Origin: Clostridia bacterium
GTDB lineage: Bacteria > Bacillota > Clostridia > Oscillospirales > Acutalibacteraceae
Length of the DNA: 64,000 bases
Direction: 5' to 3'
Assembly (NCBI GenBank): GCA_017465505.1
Contig: JAFTWB010000002.1
Span: 263-64,262 of the forward strand
Part shown: positions 49,116 through 58,736 of the stretch, piece after piece
Layout of the letters: each line of letters opens with the position of its first letter
Position numbering within the stretch: the first letter of the stretch is position 1
Notes under the pieces: model-generated
The model's input: the letters and a program-made list of their open reading frames with translations, nothing else
What the model was told of the DNA's origin: nothing
The model's database searches: none
Program-made: the position numbers and the translations under genes

Positions 49116-49200
49116 TGGTGGGAGAAGGTGGATTCGAACCACCGAAGTCGTCGACAACAGATTTACAGTCTGCCCCCTTTGGCCGCTCGGGAATTCTCCC
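49116..49200 (-). tRNA. tRNA-Tyr(GTA)
   Basis: Reverse complement GGGAGAATTCCCGAGCGGCCAAAGGGGGCAGACTGTAAATCTG...GGTTCGAATCC...CCCACCA; 85 nt with a long variable arm and CCA. Confidence 0.97.
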
Positions 49201-49237
49201 ATATGAAAACCTGCTTTAAATTAAAGCAGGTTTTGTT

Positions 49238-49313
49238 TGGAGCTGGTGGACGGACTTGAACCCCCGACCTGCTGATTACAAATCAGCTGCTCTACCAACT
49301 GAGCTACACCAGC
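49238..49313 (-). tRNA. tRNA-Thr(TGT)
   Basis: Reverse complement GCTGGTGTAGCTCAGTTGGTAGAGCAGCTGATTTGTAATCAGC...GGTTCAAGTCC...CTCCA; 76 nt. Confidence 0.97.
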
Positions 49314-49354
49314 GTGTTTCGCTGTGGCGTCTCGTGTATCGCCAACAGTTAGAG

Positions 49355-49383
49355 ATTATAGCAGAAGCTACTTGAAATGTCAA
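49355..49383 (-). promoter_or_regulatory. Sigma-A promoter of the tRNA pair
   Basis: TTGACA-17 bp-TATAAT on the minus strand. Confidence 0.85.
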
Positions 49384-49514
49384 TACTTTTTTGAAAAGTT
49401 TTTTGAAAAAATTTATATTTCTTTTCAATCCCCCTTTATCCCCTGTTTTTGTGTATTCATTATATACATATTATTGAGTAAAAGCCCTTTGTTTCTCGGC
49501 TTTCCTACAAAACT

Positions 49515-49555
49515 TTACAGATAACTTGACAGTTGTAAACGTCAAAATGTATAAT
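49515..49555 (+). promoter_or_regulatory. nad operon promoter with an overlapping putative NiaR operator
   Basis: TTGACA (49526)-18 bp-TATAAT (49550). TTACAGATAACTTGACAGTTGTAA (49515-49538) resembles the NiaR palindrome TACA..TGTCTTGACA..TGTA as I recall it; niaR is in the operon. Confidence 0.7.
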
Positions 49556-49628
49556 ATTGAAGGTTTGGATTTAGGACAAATAAATATATGTTTAGATAAT
49601 TATCACAAAAAGAATAAGGACGATTTGT

Positions 49629-50528
49629 ATGAAAAAGAAAATTGAGATTCTTAAGAAAGAAAAAAACGCCTGCATTATGGCTCACTACTATGCACCTGCT
49701 GAGGTTCAGGAAATTGCAGATTATGTGGGCGACTCTTTTTATCTTGCAAAGGTGGCAAAGGAAAGCAAGGCTGATGTTATTGTTTTCTGCGGTGTAGGTT
49801 TTATGGGAGAAAGTGCAAAGATTCTTTGTCCTGACAAGACTGTGCTTATGCCCGACCTTACTGCCGACTGTCCTATGGCACATATGGTTAAAGAGGGTAA
49901 AATCGCTCAAATGCGTGAGCAGTATTCAGACATTGCCGTTGTGTGCTACATAAACTCCACTGCTGAGCTTAAGTGCCAGAGCGACGTTTGCGTTACTTCT
50001 TCAAATGCTGTTAAGATTGTCAAGGCTCTTCCCAATCAGAACATCTTCTTTATTCCCGACAGAAACTTAGGCCGCTTTGTTGCCTCACAGGTGCCTGAGA
50101 AAAATATTATCTTAAATGATGGTTGCTGTCCCATTCACGCAGATATTACTTCTGCGTCGGTAAAGGCAGTTATGGAAAAGCACAAAGAGGCTTTGGTGCT
50201 TTGTCATCCCGAGTGTGAGCCCGAGGTTCTTGAGCTTGCTGATTTTTCAGGCAGCACCGCTGAGATTATTGATTATGCAAAAGCAAGCACAGCTTCTGAA
50301 TTTATTATCTGCACAGAGGACGGCGTAGGCTTTAAGCTTATGAGCGACAACCCTGAGAAGAAGTTTTACTTCCCCACTCCTTGTCCTGTCTGCAAGGATA
50401 TGAAGCTGAATACTCTTGAGAATGTTCTCAGAGTTCTTGAAAATGAAGAAAACAAGGTTGAAGTTGATGAAAAAGTCCGCGAAAGAGCACTTCTTCCTTT
50501 AAATAAAATGCTGGAGCTTGGTAAGTAA
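49629..50528 (+). CDS. nadA: Quinolinate synthase A
   Basis: AHYY; GDS..LA; FCGV.FMGE; CPMA; YINS; CPIH; HPEC; C.DMK. Confidence 0.97.
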   Translation: MKKKIEILKKEKNACIMAHYYAPAEVQEIADYVGDSFYLAKVAKESKADVIVFCGVGFMGESAKILCPDKTVLMPDLTADCPMAHMVKEGKIAQMREQYSDIAVVCYINSTAELKCQSDVCVTSSNAVKIVKALPNQNIFFIPDRNLGRFVASQVPEKNIILNDGCCPIHADITSASVKAVMEKHKEALVLCHPECEPEVLELADFSGSTAEIIDYAKASTASEFIICTEDGVGFKLMSDNPEKKFYFPTPCPVCKDMKLNTLENVLRVLENEENKVEVDEKVRERALLPLNKMLELGK

Positions 50529-50530
50529 TT

Positions 50531-51805
50531 ATGAATACTGACATTATTATTGTAGGTTGCGGTGTAGCAGGGCTTTACTGTGCACTTAATCTGCCCAAGG
50601 ACAAAAAAATAGTTATTGTAACAAAAAACAAGGCTCGACGCAGCGACTCCTATCTCGCTCAGGGCGGTATCTGTGTGCTGAGGGACGAAGAGGACTTTTC
50701 ATCCTTTTACGAGGACACAATGCGAGCAGGCCACTATGAAAACGACCCTGACTCTGTTGAGATTATGATTCGCTCCTCTCAGGAAGTTATAAGCGACCTT
50801 GTTTCCTTTGGTGTTCATTTTGAAAAAAACGGCAAGGAGTTTGTTTATACCCGTGAGGGTGCTCATTCCGCTCCCAGAATCCTTTTTCACGAGGACGAAA
50901 CAGGCAAAGAGATTACTTCAAATCTTCTTCAGACTGCCCGTGAGAAGGAAAATATCACCTTAATCGAAAACTTCACAATGGTTGACCTTATTGTAGAAAA
51001 CAACCTTTGTAAAGGTATTGTAGGCCATTACAACGAAGGCGAATACATAAGCATTACCGCAGACTACACAGTGCTGGCAACAGGGGGTATCGGCGGACTT
51101 TTCAAGCACTCCACAAACTATCCTCACCTTACAGGAGATTCCTTGGCTCTTGCTCTTAAATACGGCATTAAGCTTCAGGATATTGATTACATCCAGATTC
51201 ACCCCACCACACTGTTTTCCAACAAGCACGGCAGAGAGTTTCTTATCTCCGAGTCTGTAAGAGGCGAAGGTGCGGTGCTTCTTAACTCCAAGGGTGAAAG
51301 ATTTGTTGACGAGCTTTTGCCCAGAGATGTGGTAGCGAATGCAATTTTTGAGGAAATGAAGAAAGAAGGAAGCAACCACGTCTGGCTTTCTTTAGAGGCT
51401 ATTGACAAAGAAGAAATCAAAAGCCACTTCCCCAATATTTATCAGCACTGCTTGGAAGAAGGCTACGATATCACCAAAGAGCCTATCCCTGTTGTACCCA
51501 GCCAGCATTACTTTATGGGCGGTATTGAGGTTGACAAATCCAGCCTTACTTCTATGGAAAGGCTTTACGCTGTGGGAGAAACCGCCTGCAACGGTGTTCA
51601 CGGTAAAAACCGACTCGCCAGCAACTCACTTCTTGAAAGTCTTGTTTTTGCCAAGCGAGCCGCTGAGCATATTACCAAAAACTACACAGGGCTTGAAGCT
51701 AACGAAAGCTTTGAGGTAAACGAAGATACATACGCAAATTATCAGGAAGAATACAAAAGAATGGTTTTAGAGGCCATAGAAAAGGAGAAGAAAAGCCGTG
51801 AATAA
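50531..51805 (+). CDS. nadB: L-aspartate oxidase
   Basis: GCGVAG; S.LAQGGI; EGAHS..RI; QIHPT; HYFMGG; GVHGKNRLASNSLLE. Confidence 0.97.
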   Translation: MNTDIIIVGCGVAGLYCALNLPKDKKIVIVTKNKARRSDSYLAQGGICVLRDEEDFSSFYEDTMRAGHYENDPDSVEIMIRSSQEVISDLVSFGVHFEKNGKEFVYTREGAHSAPRILFHEDETGKEITSNLLQTAREKENITLIENFTMVDLIVENNLCKGIVGHYNEGEYISITADYTVLATGGIGGLFKHSTNYPHLTGDSLALALKYGIKLQDIDYIQIHPTTLFSNKHGREFLISESVRGEGAVLLNSKGERFVDELLPRDVVANAIFEEMKKEGSNHVWLSLEAIDKEEIKSHFPNIYQHCLEEGYDITKEPIPVVPSQHYFMGGIEVDKSSLTSMERLYAVGETACNGVHGKNRLASNSLLESLVFAKRAAEHITKNYTGLEANESFEVNEDTYANYQEEYKRMVLEAIEKEKKSRE

Positions 51806-52649
51806 TATTACAATGTTAATGAATGCAGACGAAATGATTTTAAGCGCTCTGAGAGAGGACATCACCTCTGAGGATATTACAACAAACTCTGTTATGCCTG
51901 ATTTCTGCTTAGGTGAGGTTGACCTTATCTGCAAGCAGGACGGTATTGTTGCAGGCCTTGGCGTTTTCAAGAGAGTTTTTGAGCTTCTGGACAAAGAAAC
52001 AGAGGTTACTTTCTTTGCAAAAGACGGCGACGAGGTTAAATCAGGTCAGCTCTTAGGCAAGGTAAAGGGTGACATCCGTGTTCTTCTCTCCGGAGAAAGA
52101 ACCGCTCTTAACTACCTTCAGAGAATGAGCGGTATTGCTACTTACACAAAGAGCATTTCTGTGCTTTTTGAGGGTACTTCTACAAAGCTTCTGGACACAA
52201 GAAAGACTACTCCCAATATGAGAGTTTTCGAAAAATACGCTGTTAAGGTTGGCGGCGGTTATAATCACCGCTTCAACTTAAGCGACGGTGTACTTCTCAA
52301 GGACAACCACATCGGTGCCGCAGGCTCTGTTAAAGAAGCAGTAAGGCTTGCCAAGGAGTACGCTCCCTTTGTACGCAAAATCGAGGTTGAGGTTGAAAAC
52401 CTCACAATGCTCAAGGAAGCCCTTGAGGCAGGTGCAGACATCATTATGCTTGACAATATGAGCGTTGAAGATATGAAAGAAGCAGTTAAGCTCTGCAAGG
52501 GCAAGGCTGAAACCGAGTGCAGCGGCAACGTTACAAGAGAAAACGTTGCAAGGCTTACAGACATCGGCGTTGACTATATTTCCAGCGGTGCTCTCACCCA
52601 CTCTGCTCCCATTCTTGACCTTTCTCTTAAGAATCTTCACGCAATTTAA
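51798..52649 (+). CDS. nadC: Nicotinate-nucleotide diphosphorylase (carboxylating)
   Basis: ERTALN.LQRMSGIAT; DTRKTTP; NHR..LSD.VLLKDNH; IIMLDN. Confidence 0.97.
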   Translation: MNNITMLMNADEMILSALREDITSEDITTNSVMPDFCLGEVDLICKQDGIVAGLGVFKRVFELLDKETEVTFFAKDGDEVKSGQLLGKVKGDIRVLLSGERTALNYLQRMSGIATYTKSISVLFEGTSTKLLDTRKTTPNMRVFEKYAVKVGGGYNHRFNLSDGVLLKDNHIGAAGSVKEAVRLAKEYAPFVRKIEVEVENLTMLKEALEAGADIIMLDNMSVEDMKEAVKLCKGKAETECSGNVTRENVARLTDIGVDYISSGALTHSAPILDLSLKNLHAI

Positions 52650-52652
52650 GGT

Positions 52653-53171
52653 GTGCCTATGAAAGCGATTGACAGACGAAAGGAAATCGCCGCTGTGCTT
52701 GTGTCCTCTGATACTCCCGTTTCAGGAAGTGCTCTTTCCGAAAAGTTCGGTGTGTCACGGCAGATTATTGTTCAGGACATTTCCTTACTAAAAGCCGCAG
52801 GGTATGAAATTCTCTCTACTCATCACGGCTACATTGTGCAGAGCACTCCTTTGAAAGAAAGGGTTTTCAAGCTCAAGCATACCCGTGACGACACAGAAAC
52901 AGAGCTTACCACCATTGTGGATTTAGGCGGCACTGTGGCCGATGTTTTTGTGTGGCACAAGGTTTACGGCAAGGTAGAGGCGAAGCTCAATATTTTTTCC
53001 CGTATGCACGTCAGCCAGTTTATCGAAGGCGTAAGAAGCGGAAAATCCACAGAGCTTATGGATATTACAGGCGGCTATCATTACCACACAATCAGAGCAG
53101 AAAGCGAAGAGATTCTCGACGAAATTGAGAAAGCTCTGGACTCAAAGGGTTTTATTGTCCCTGAAATCTGA
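52653..53171 (+). CDS. niaR: Niacin-responsive repressor NiaR (HTH + 3H domain)
   Basis: GVSRQIIVQDI HTH; H..YG and G.HYH 3H motifs. Confidence 0.93.
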   Translation: MPMKAIDRRKEIAAVLVSSDTPVSGSALSEKFGVSRQIIVQDISLLKAAGYEILSTHHGYIVQSTPLKERVFKLKHTRDDTETELTTIVDLGGTVADVFVWHKVYGKVEAKLNIFSRMHVSQFIEGVRSGKSTELMDITGGYHYHTIRAESEEILDEIEKALDSKGFIVPEI

Positions 53172-53200
53172 TTGACAAATACAAAGCAACGCTATATAAT
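53172..53200 (+). promoter_or_regulatory. Sigma-A promoter for pnuC
   Basis: TTGACA (53172)-17 bp-TATAAT (53195). Confidence 0.85.
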
Positions 53201-53204
53201 GAAT

Positions 53205-53300
53205 TAAACTGCCACCGGGTAGTGAATGTTTTTTTGAACTAAACATTCGTTTACGTTTCGTTAGGTCTGAGAAGAAACGTATGCGAATGTTTATTTTTTT
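53205..53300 (+). promoter_or_regulatory. Structured pnuC 5' leader with terminator/antiterminator (candidate riboswitch or attenuator)
   Basis: About 19-bp hairpin at 53240-53293 followed by T7 just before the RBS. The upstream segment AGTGAATGTTT can pair with the 5' strand of that hairpin. Confidence 0.6.
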
Positions 53301-53310
53301 AGGAGTATTT

Positions 53311-54000
53311 ATGAGCAAGCTAAAAAAATATTTTTCCAAATTCGAAATATGTTTATGGGGAATTTCGGTAGTGCTTATTACCCTGTCCTATGTGATTTTT
53401 GACAGAAGCAACGTACTGACCCTTATCGCCTCTATTATAGGTGTTACAGCGATTTTATTCAACGCCAAGGGCAATCCCATAGGCCAGGGCTTAATGGTTA
53501 TTTTCAGCCTTATTTACGGCTACATTTCTTTCGGCTTCAGCTATTACGGCGAAATGATTACCTATGTAGGAATGTCTATGCCTATGGCGGTTATCGCTCT
53601 TATTGCCTGGCTTAAAAATCCTTTTAAGGGAAACCGCTCTCAGGTTACGGTAAACAGAATCTCAAGAAAAGAAACCCTTTTTATGATTATACTCACTATT
53701 CTGGTTACGGTGGTGTTTTTCTTTATTCTGAAAGCCTTCGGCACTGCAAACCTTCTGCCTTCCACATTTTCGGTAACCACCAGCTTTGCGGCAGTTTACC
53801 TTACCTTCAGACGCAGCCCCTATTTCTCACTTTTGTATGCGGCAAATGATATTGTGCTTATTGTTCTCTGGGTTCTTGCCTGCTTTTCTGATTTCAGCTA
53901 CATATCCGTTGTGGTGTGCTTTCTTATGTTTCTGGCAAATGATATGTATGCTTTTATAAGCTGGCGTAAAATGGAAATCCGCCAGAGAATAGTTGACTAA
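53311..54000 (+). CDS. pnuC: PnuC-family nucleoside/vitamin transporter
   Basis: ATG at 53311 after AGGAG; IFNAKG..IGQ, YYGEM..Y and ANDIVLIVLW motifs; next to nad genes. Confidence 0.85.
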   Translation: MSKLKKYFSKFEICLWGISVVLITLSYVIFDRSNVLTLIASIIGVTAILFNAKGNPIGQGLMVIFSLIYGYISFGFSYYGEMITYVGMSMPMAVIALIAWLKNPFKGNRSQVTVNRISRKETLFMIILTILVTVVFFFILKAFGTANLLPSTFSVTTSFAAVYLTFRRSPYFSLLYAANDIVLIVLWVLACFSDFSYISVVVCFLMFLANDMYAFISWRKMEIRQRIVD

Positions 54001-54043
54001 GATAGAAATCTATGTTATAATGTACAAAACAGAAGGAAAGGAC

Positions 54044-54457
54044 TTGTGCAAAATAGCAAGTAATAGTTTCAGAGTTAAGTGCAACTGCGGTCTTGTTCAG
54101 GACGCATTTGCAAACGGCGTATGTCCTCAGTGCAAGCAGCCCATCAACTTTCCCCAGGGCGGTATGATTCACCTTTATCGCAAAGGCTCACCTATGGGTA
54201 TTGCAGGCGGCTTCGGTATTTACATCAACAATGTGCCTCTTGGTCACATTGGCAACAAGCAGACAGTTAATATTCCTGTAAGCTTTGGTACATACACCCT
54301 TCACGTTGCAGTAGGTATGAACCGCAAGTGCAAGGACCTTGTAATTGAAATCACCCCTGAAAACCCTATCGGCTACGCAAAGGTTTATATGAAGCCCGGT
54401 TTCTGGACAAACTCCTTTGTTGTAGAGCCTTCCACAAAAGAAGAAATGCCCCTGTAA
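54044..54457 (+). CDS. Hypothetical protein with N-terminal Zn-ribbon-like Cys pairs and a beta-sandwich domain
   Basis: CNC...CPQC; biased codon usage; start uncertain (TTG at 54044 after AAGGA). Confidence 0.6.
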   Translation: MCKIASNSFRVKCNCGLVQDAFANGVCPQCKQPINFPQGGMIHLYRKGSPMGIAGGFGIYINNVPLGHIGNKQTVNIPVSFGTYTLHVAVGMNRKCKDLVIEITPENPIGYAKVYMKPGFWTNSFVVEPSTKEEMPL

Positions 54458-54559
54458 GCCCGTTAGCCACGGGCAGGGCAATTCCGCCGTTTGATAAAAT
54501 GATTTATGAGTAAACTAACATTTACGGCGGAGAAAAAAAGTCTTATTTATACAGATATT

Positions 54560-54602
54560 AAAAAGAGCAAACATCAGAAGATTTTGATGTTTGCTCTTTT
54601 TT
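54560..54602. terminator. Bidirectional terminator
   Basis: AAAAAGAGCAAACATCA...TGATGTTTGCTCTTTTT between convergent genes. Confidence 0.85.
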
Positions 54603-54615
54603 GCATATTTAATTA

Positions 54616-56058
54616 TCAGTTCCAATAATCAAGTTTTTCTTCGATACCGATATTCTTTGCAACAAAGACAGGCTCTTTGCCTTCTTTTCGCTGTTTGGTG
54701 TAATCCTTAAGGGCACGGTAAACGTATCTGCCCAGAATAAGGATAACAGGGATATTTATAAGGGTCATACCACCCATAAGAACGTCGGAAATGTTCCACA
54801 GAAGGTCAGCACTTAAGCCTGCACCCACGAAAATCAGCAGTGCCGCAATAATGTGATAAATTGTCATAAACACTTTACCGGGCTCTTTGCCGAAAATAAA
54901 CTTAATAGCCTTATCAACATAGAAGAGGTTGCCGATAAGGGTTGTGAAGGCAAAGAGTGCCATAGCAACGGTAATAAAGATAGGGCCAAAATCTCCAAGA
55001 GTCGCCTTAAGAGAAAGCTGAACATACTGTGCACCTGAAATCTCAGCGGTAGGCTCAACGCCTGAGCACATACACATAAAAGCAGTAGCTGTGCAGATAA
55101 GGAGTGTGTCAATAAACACGGAAAGAATCTGAACAAGACCCTGCTTTACAGGATGGCTTACATCGGCAGAGGCAGAAGCATTGGGGGCAGAGCCCACGCC
55201 TGCTTCGTTGGAGAAAAGACCTCTCTTAATACCGTACATTACGCAGGAGCCGCTGAAACCGCCGAAAATAGCCTGCAAATCAAAGGCTTCGCTGAAAATT
55301 CTGCCGAAAACAGAAGGAAGCTGAGGGATGTTCAAAAGAGTGATAATAACAGCAACCAGAATGTAAGAAACGCCCATAATGGGAACGATAAATGTAGTTG
55401 CGTTTATAATTCTCTTACCGCCGCCAAAAAGGCAGAATGCAACCAAGGCAGCTATAACAAGACCGATAATCCAGGGCATTGCGTTAAAAGCAACCGCATT
55501 GCCAAAGAGGTTGAAGCTTACGTTCATATTGTAAAATTCATAGGCAGAGAAGGTGGACTGCAAATTATAGGAAGCAAGCATATTAAAGCCTACGCCATAG
55601 GTAAGGATAAGGAAAATTGAGAAAACAACTGCAAGCCATCTGCTCTTTAAAGCGGAGCTTATGTAGTAGGCAGGGCCGCCGTAGCTTTCGCCGTCACTGC
55701 CCTTTTTCTTGAAAATCTGAGCCAGAGTGCTTTCCACAAAAGCAGAGGCACTGCCCACGATTGCTATAATCCACATCCAGAAAACAGAGCCGAAGCCGCC
55801 AAGGCAGATAGCCGTGGAAACACCGATGATGTTACCTGTGCCAACTCGTGAGGCGGTGGAAACCATCAAAGCCTGAAAAGAAGAAACCGCACCTTTTTTG
55901 CTGGGCTTTTCTGTAACGCACCGAATCTGCTCTTTAAAAAGCCTGAACTGAACGCCTTTTGTTCTTATGGTGAAGAATATACCGCCAAGAACAAGAATGA
56001 TAATCAGAATGTAGCTGTACAAAGCGTCATTCATCATACCGATAATTTTATCTAACAT
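54616..56058 (-). CDS. alsT: Alanine/glycine:cation symporter (AGCS family)
   Basis: RVGTGNI.GV..AI..GG.GSVFWMW; GGPAYYI; GIKRGLFSNEAG.GSAP. Confidence 0.93.
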   Translation of the reverse strand: MLDKIIGMMNDALYSYILIIILVLGGIFFTIRTKGVQFRLFKEQIRCVTEKPSKKGAVSSFQALMVSTASRVGTGNIIGVSTAICLGGFGSVFWMWIIAIVGSASAFVESTLAQIFKKKGSDGESYGGPAYYISSALKSRWLAVVFSIFLILTYGVGFNMLASYNLQSTFSAYEFYNMNVSFNLFGNAVAFNAMPWIIGLVIAALVAFCLFGGGKRIINATTFIVPIMGVSYILVAVIITLLNIPQLPSVFGRIFSEAFDLQAIFGGFSGSCVMYGIKRGLFSNEAGVGSAPNASASADVSHPVKQGLVQILSVFIDTLLICTATAFMCMCSGVEPTAEISGAQYVQLSLKATLGDFGPIFITVAMALFAFTTLIGNLFYVDKAIKFIFGKEPGKVFMTIYHIIAALLIFVGAGLSADLLWNISDVLMGGMTLINIPVILILGRYVYRALKDYTKQRKEGKEPVFVAKNIGIEEKLDYWN

Positions 56059-56174
56059 TCTATCCCCTCTAACTTAGTATAATATAGGTTTATTATAGTC
56101 TATAATGGAAAACCTGTCAAATTCTGACAAAAAAATATACCTCACAAAAAACTGTGAGGTGTATTTTGAAAATC

Positions 56175-57161
56175 TTATAAAAGATGAGCTCTCAGCTCTT
56201 CAGCACTCTGTATACTTAAAAGTGCAGGGGGAATATCAAAAACAGTTTTGCAGCCTGTTTCGCCCTTATTTGCCAGTCTTACCGCCGCTCTTGCAAAAGC
56301 AACAATAACAGAAGCGGTAAACTCGGGGTTAGAGTCAAGCTTTAAGCTGTACTCAATAACGTGAGTATTCTCTTTATTTGCACCTGTTTTGCCTGTGCGA
56401 ATAACAAAGCCACCGTGAGGGATTGAGCTGTGCTCTCTCTTAAATTCTTCCATAGAAATAAAGTGCACAGTGGTATCATAATCTGCAAAGTAGTTGGGCA
56501 TTTCCTTGATTTCTTTCTCGATTCTCTCTTTGTCAGCGTTCTCATCAGCTACAACAAAGCACTCTCTTGTGTGCTTTTCTCTTGTGGTAAGAGTGGGTGC
56601 AGAGCCGCTTCTTACTGCCTCAAGAGCAGATTCAACGGGAATTGTGTACTGCTTTGCGTCCAGCACACCTTCAATTCTGCGGACAGCGTCACTATGCCCC
56701 TGGCTTACGCCTTTGCCCCAGAATGTGTAGTCCTCACCCTCAGGCAGAACTGCACTTGCATAAAGACGGTTAAGGGAGAACATACCGGGGTCCCAACCGC
56801 AGGAAATAACTGCAACGTTTCCGCCTTCTTTAGCGGCAGAATCTACATTATCGAAATGCTCGGGGATTCTTGCGTGGGTATCAAAGCTGTCAACAACTGT
56901 AAACATCTTTGCAAGCTCGGGAGTCTGCACAGGCAAGTCTGTGGCAGAGCCACCGCAAAGAATCATAACATCAATTTTATTCTTATAGCTCTCAGCCGCA
57001 CTGACGTGCTCTACCTTAACGCCCTCAGTACCGATTTTAAGAGTTTCCGGAGCTCGACGTGTGAAAACTGCCACCAGCTCCATATCGGGATTCTGACGGA
57101 TGGCGTTTTCAATACCTCTGCCGAGATTTCCGTAACCGTAAATTCCTACTTTTATGCTCAT
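56175..57161 (-). CDS. ddh: meso-diaminopimelate D-dehydrogenase
   Basis: GYGNLG; CGGSATD; DSFDTH; GWDPG.FS..R; TFWG.GVSQGHSDA; HGG. Confidence 0.96.
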   Translation of the reverse strand: MSIKVGIYGYGNLGRGIENAIRQNPDMELVAVFTRRAPETLKIGTEGVKVEHVSAAESYKNKIDVMILCGGSATDLPVQTPELAKMFTVVDSFDTHARIPEHFDNVDSAAKEGGNVAVISCGWDPGMFSLNRLYASAVLPEGEDYTFWGKGVSQGHSDAVRRIEGVLDAKQYTIPVESALEAVRSGSAPTLTTREKHTRECFVVADENADKERIEKEIKEMPNYFADYDTTVHFISMEEFKREHSSIPHGGFVIRTGKTGANKENTHVIEYSLKLDSNPEFTASVIVAFARAAVRLANKGETGCKTVFDIPPALLSIQSAEELRAHLL

Positions 57162-57357
57162 TTAACATCAATCCTTTCAGGATACAAAAATAAATATGTG
57201 CTTATTTTACTCCAAAACACCCCGAATTGTAAATAGTATGAGAAGAAAAAAATGAATTTTTTCGAAAAAATTTATGTTTGATATAATCATATCCTATGTC
57301 TTGTTATAACAGATAAAGTATGATATCATATCTTTATCAATAATTTCCGGAGGAATT

Positions 57358-58686
57358 ATGAAAATCTCCTTATCCGACCATTTTAGTTACAGCAAGCTTA
57401 TTCGATTCACTCTGCCATCCATTGCAATGATGATTTTTACATCCATTTATGGTGTGGTGGACGGCTTTTTTGTTTCAAATTTTGTTGGCAAGACCCCTTT
57501 TGCCGCTGTTAACATTATCTATCCATTTTTAATGATTTTAGGTTCAGTAGGCTTTATGTTCGGCACAGGCGGCTCCGCTCTTATCGCCCGATATATGGGT
57601 GAAGGCGACTCAAAAAGAGCTAACCGAACCTTCTCGCTGATTATTTACTTTTCCATAGGGCTGGGTGTGCTGCTTTCTGTTCTGGGAATAATCTTTATCC
57701 GTCCCATTGCCGCCTTACTGGGAGCACAGGGTCAGCTTCTTGAAGATGCGGTTATATACGGCAGAATAATTCTGCTGGCAAACCCTGCCTTTATATTGCA
57801 AATGCAGTTTCAGTCCTTTTTCATCACCGCCGAAAAGCCTCAGCTTGGTCTTGCGGTAACCTTGGCGGCAGGTGTTACAAATATGGTTTTAGACGCTCTT
57901 CTGGTGGGCGTTTTGCCCTTTGGGCTGTGTGGTGCGGCAATTGCCACCGCTCTGAGTCAGGTTGTAGGCGGTATTATCCCCCTTATTTACTTTATTTCAC
58001 CCAACAAAAGCCTGCTGAGAATCGGCAAAACAAGCTTTGACGGCAAGTCCCTTCTGAGAACCTGCACCAACGGCTCCTCTGAGCTTATGAGTCAGATTTC
58101 TATGTCCTTTGTAAGTATGCTGTATAACAAACAGCTTTTGAAATACGCAGGAGAAAACGGTGTTGCGGCTTATGGTGTGCTTATGTATGTATGCTTCATT
58201 TTCCTTGCCATTTTCATCGGCTACTCCATCGGCACTGCCCCTGTGGTGAGTTATCATTTCGGAGCTCAGAATCACAAGGAGCTCAAAAGCCTGCTTCGTA
58301 AAAGTGCAGTAATAATCGGCGTTGTGTCTGTTTGTATGGTAGTGCTTGCCGAATGCCTCGCCACTCCCTTTTCGCAACTTTTTGTAGGTTATGACAAGGA
58401 GCTTCTTGCTCTTACCTCAAGAGCCTTCGTAATAAGCTCTTTCTCATTTTTATTCTCAGGCTTTGCCATTTATTTTTCAGGGTTTTTCACATCTCTTAAC
58501 GATGGCCTTACCTCGGCTATTATCTCATTTATGCGAACTCTGGTTTTCCAGGTTGGAGCAGTTCTGATTCTCCCTGCTTTCTTTGAAATTGACGGTATCT
58601 GGATGTCTTTTATCGTTTCTGACGGACTTGCCGTTATTGTGGGACTTTCTTTTATTATAGGCAAAAGAAATAAATATCATTACTAA
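57358..58686 (+). CDS. MATE family efflux transporter
   Basis: IYGVVDGFFVSNFVG; NMVLD; GAAIATALSQ; about 12 TM segments. Confidence 0.92.
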   Translation: MKISLSDHFSYSKLIRFTLPSIAMMIFTSIYGVVDGFFVSNFVGKTPFAAVNIIYPFLMILGSVGFMFGTGGSALIARYMGEGDSKRANRTFSLIIYFSIGLGVLLSVLGIIFIRPIAALLGAQGQLLEDAVIYGRIILLANPAFILQMQFQSFFITAEKPQLGLAVTLAAGVTNMVLDALLVGVLPFGLCGAAIATALSQVVGGIIPLIYFISPNKSLLRIGKTSFDGKSLLRTCTNGSSELMSQISMSFVSMLYNKQLLKYAGENGVAAYGVLMYVCFIFLAIFIGYSIGTAPVVSYHFGAQNHKELKSLLRKSAVIIGVVSVCMVVLAECLATPFSQLFVGYDKELLALTSRAFVISSFSFLFSGFAIYFSGFFTSLNDGLTSAIISFMRTLVFQVGAVLILPAFFEIDGIWMSFIVSDGLAVIVGLSFIIGKRNKYHY

Positions 58687-58736
58687 AAACAAAAGGACTT
58701 GAGCGAAAAACTCAAGTCCTGATTTTTAGTTTGAAA

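Noticed and set aside
49116-49313. Prophage or ICE integrated at the tRNAs
   Set aside because: No integrase, and I saw no duplicated tRNA 3' end in the window.
56430-57236. Long antisense ORFs (this one, 32924-33709, 25335-26054, 42284-42916, 44646-45284 and others)
   Set aside because: They lie opposite well-supported genes and are explained by codon bias on the coding strand.
57162-57357. Lysine riboswitch upstream of ddh
   Set aside because: The region is short, AT-rich, shared with the divergent MATE promoter and lacks L-box motifs.
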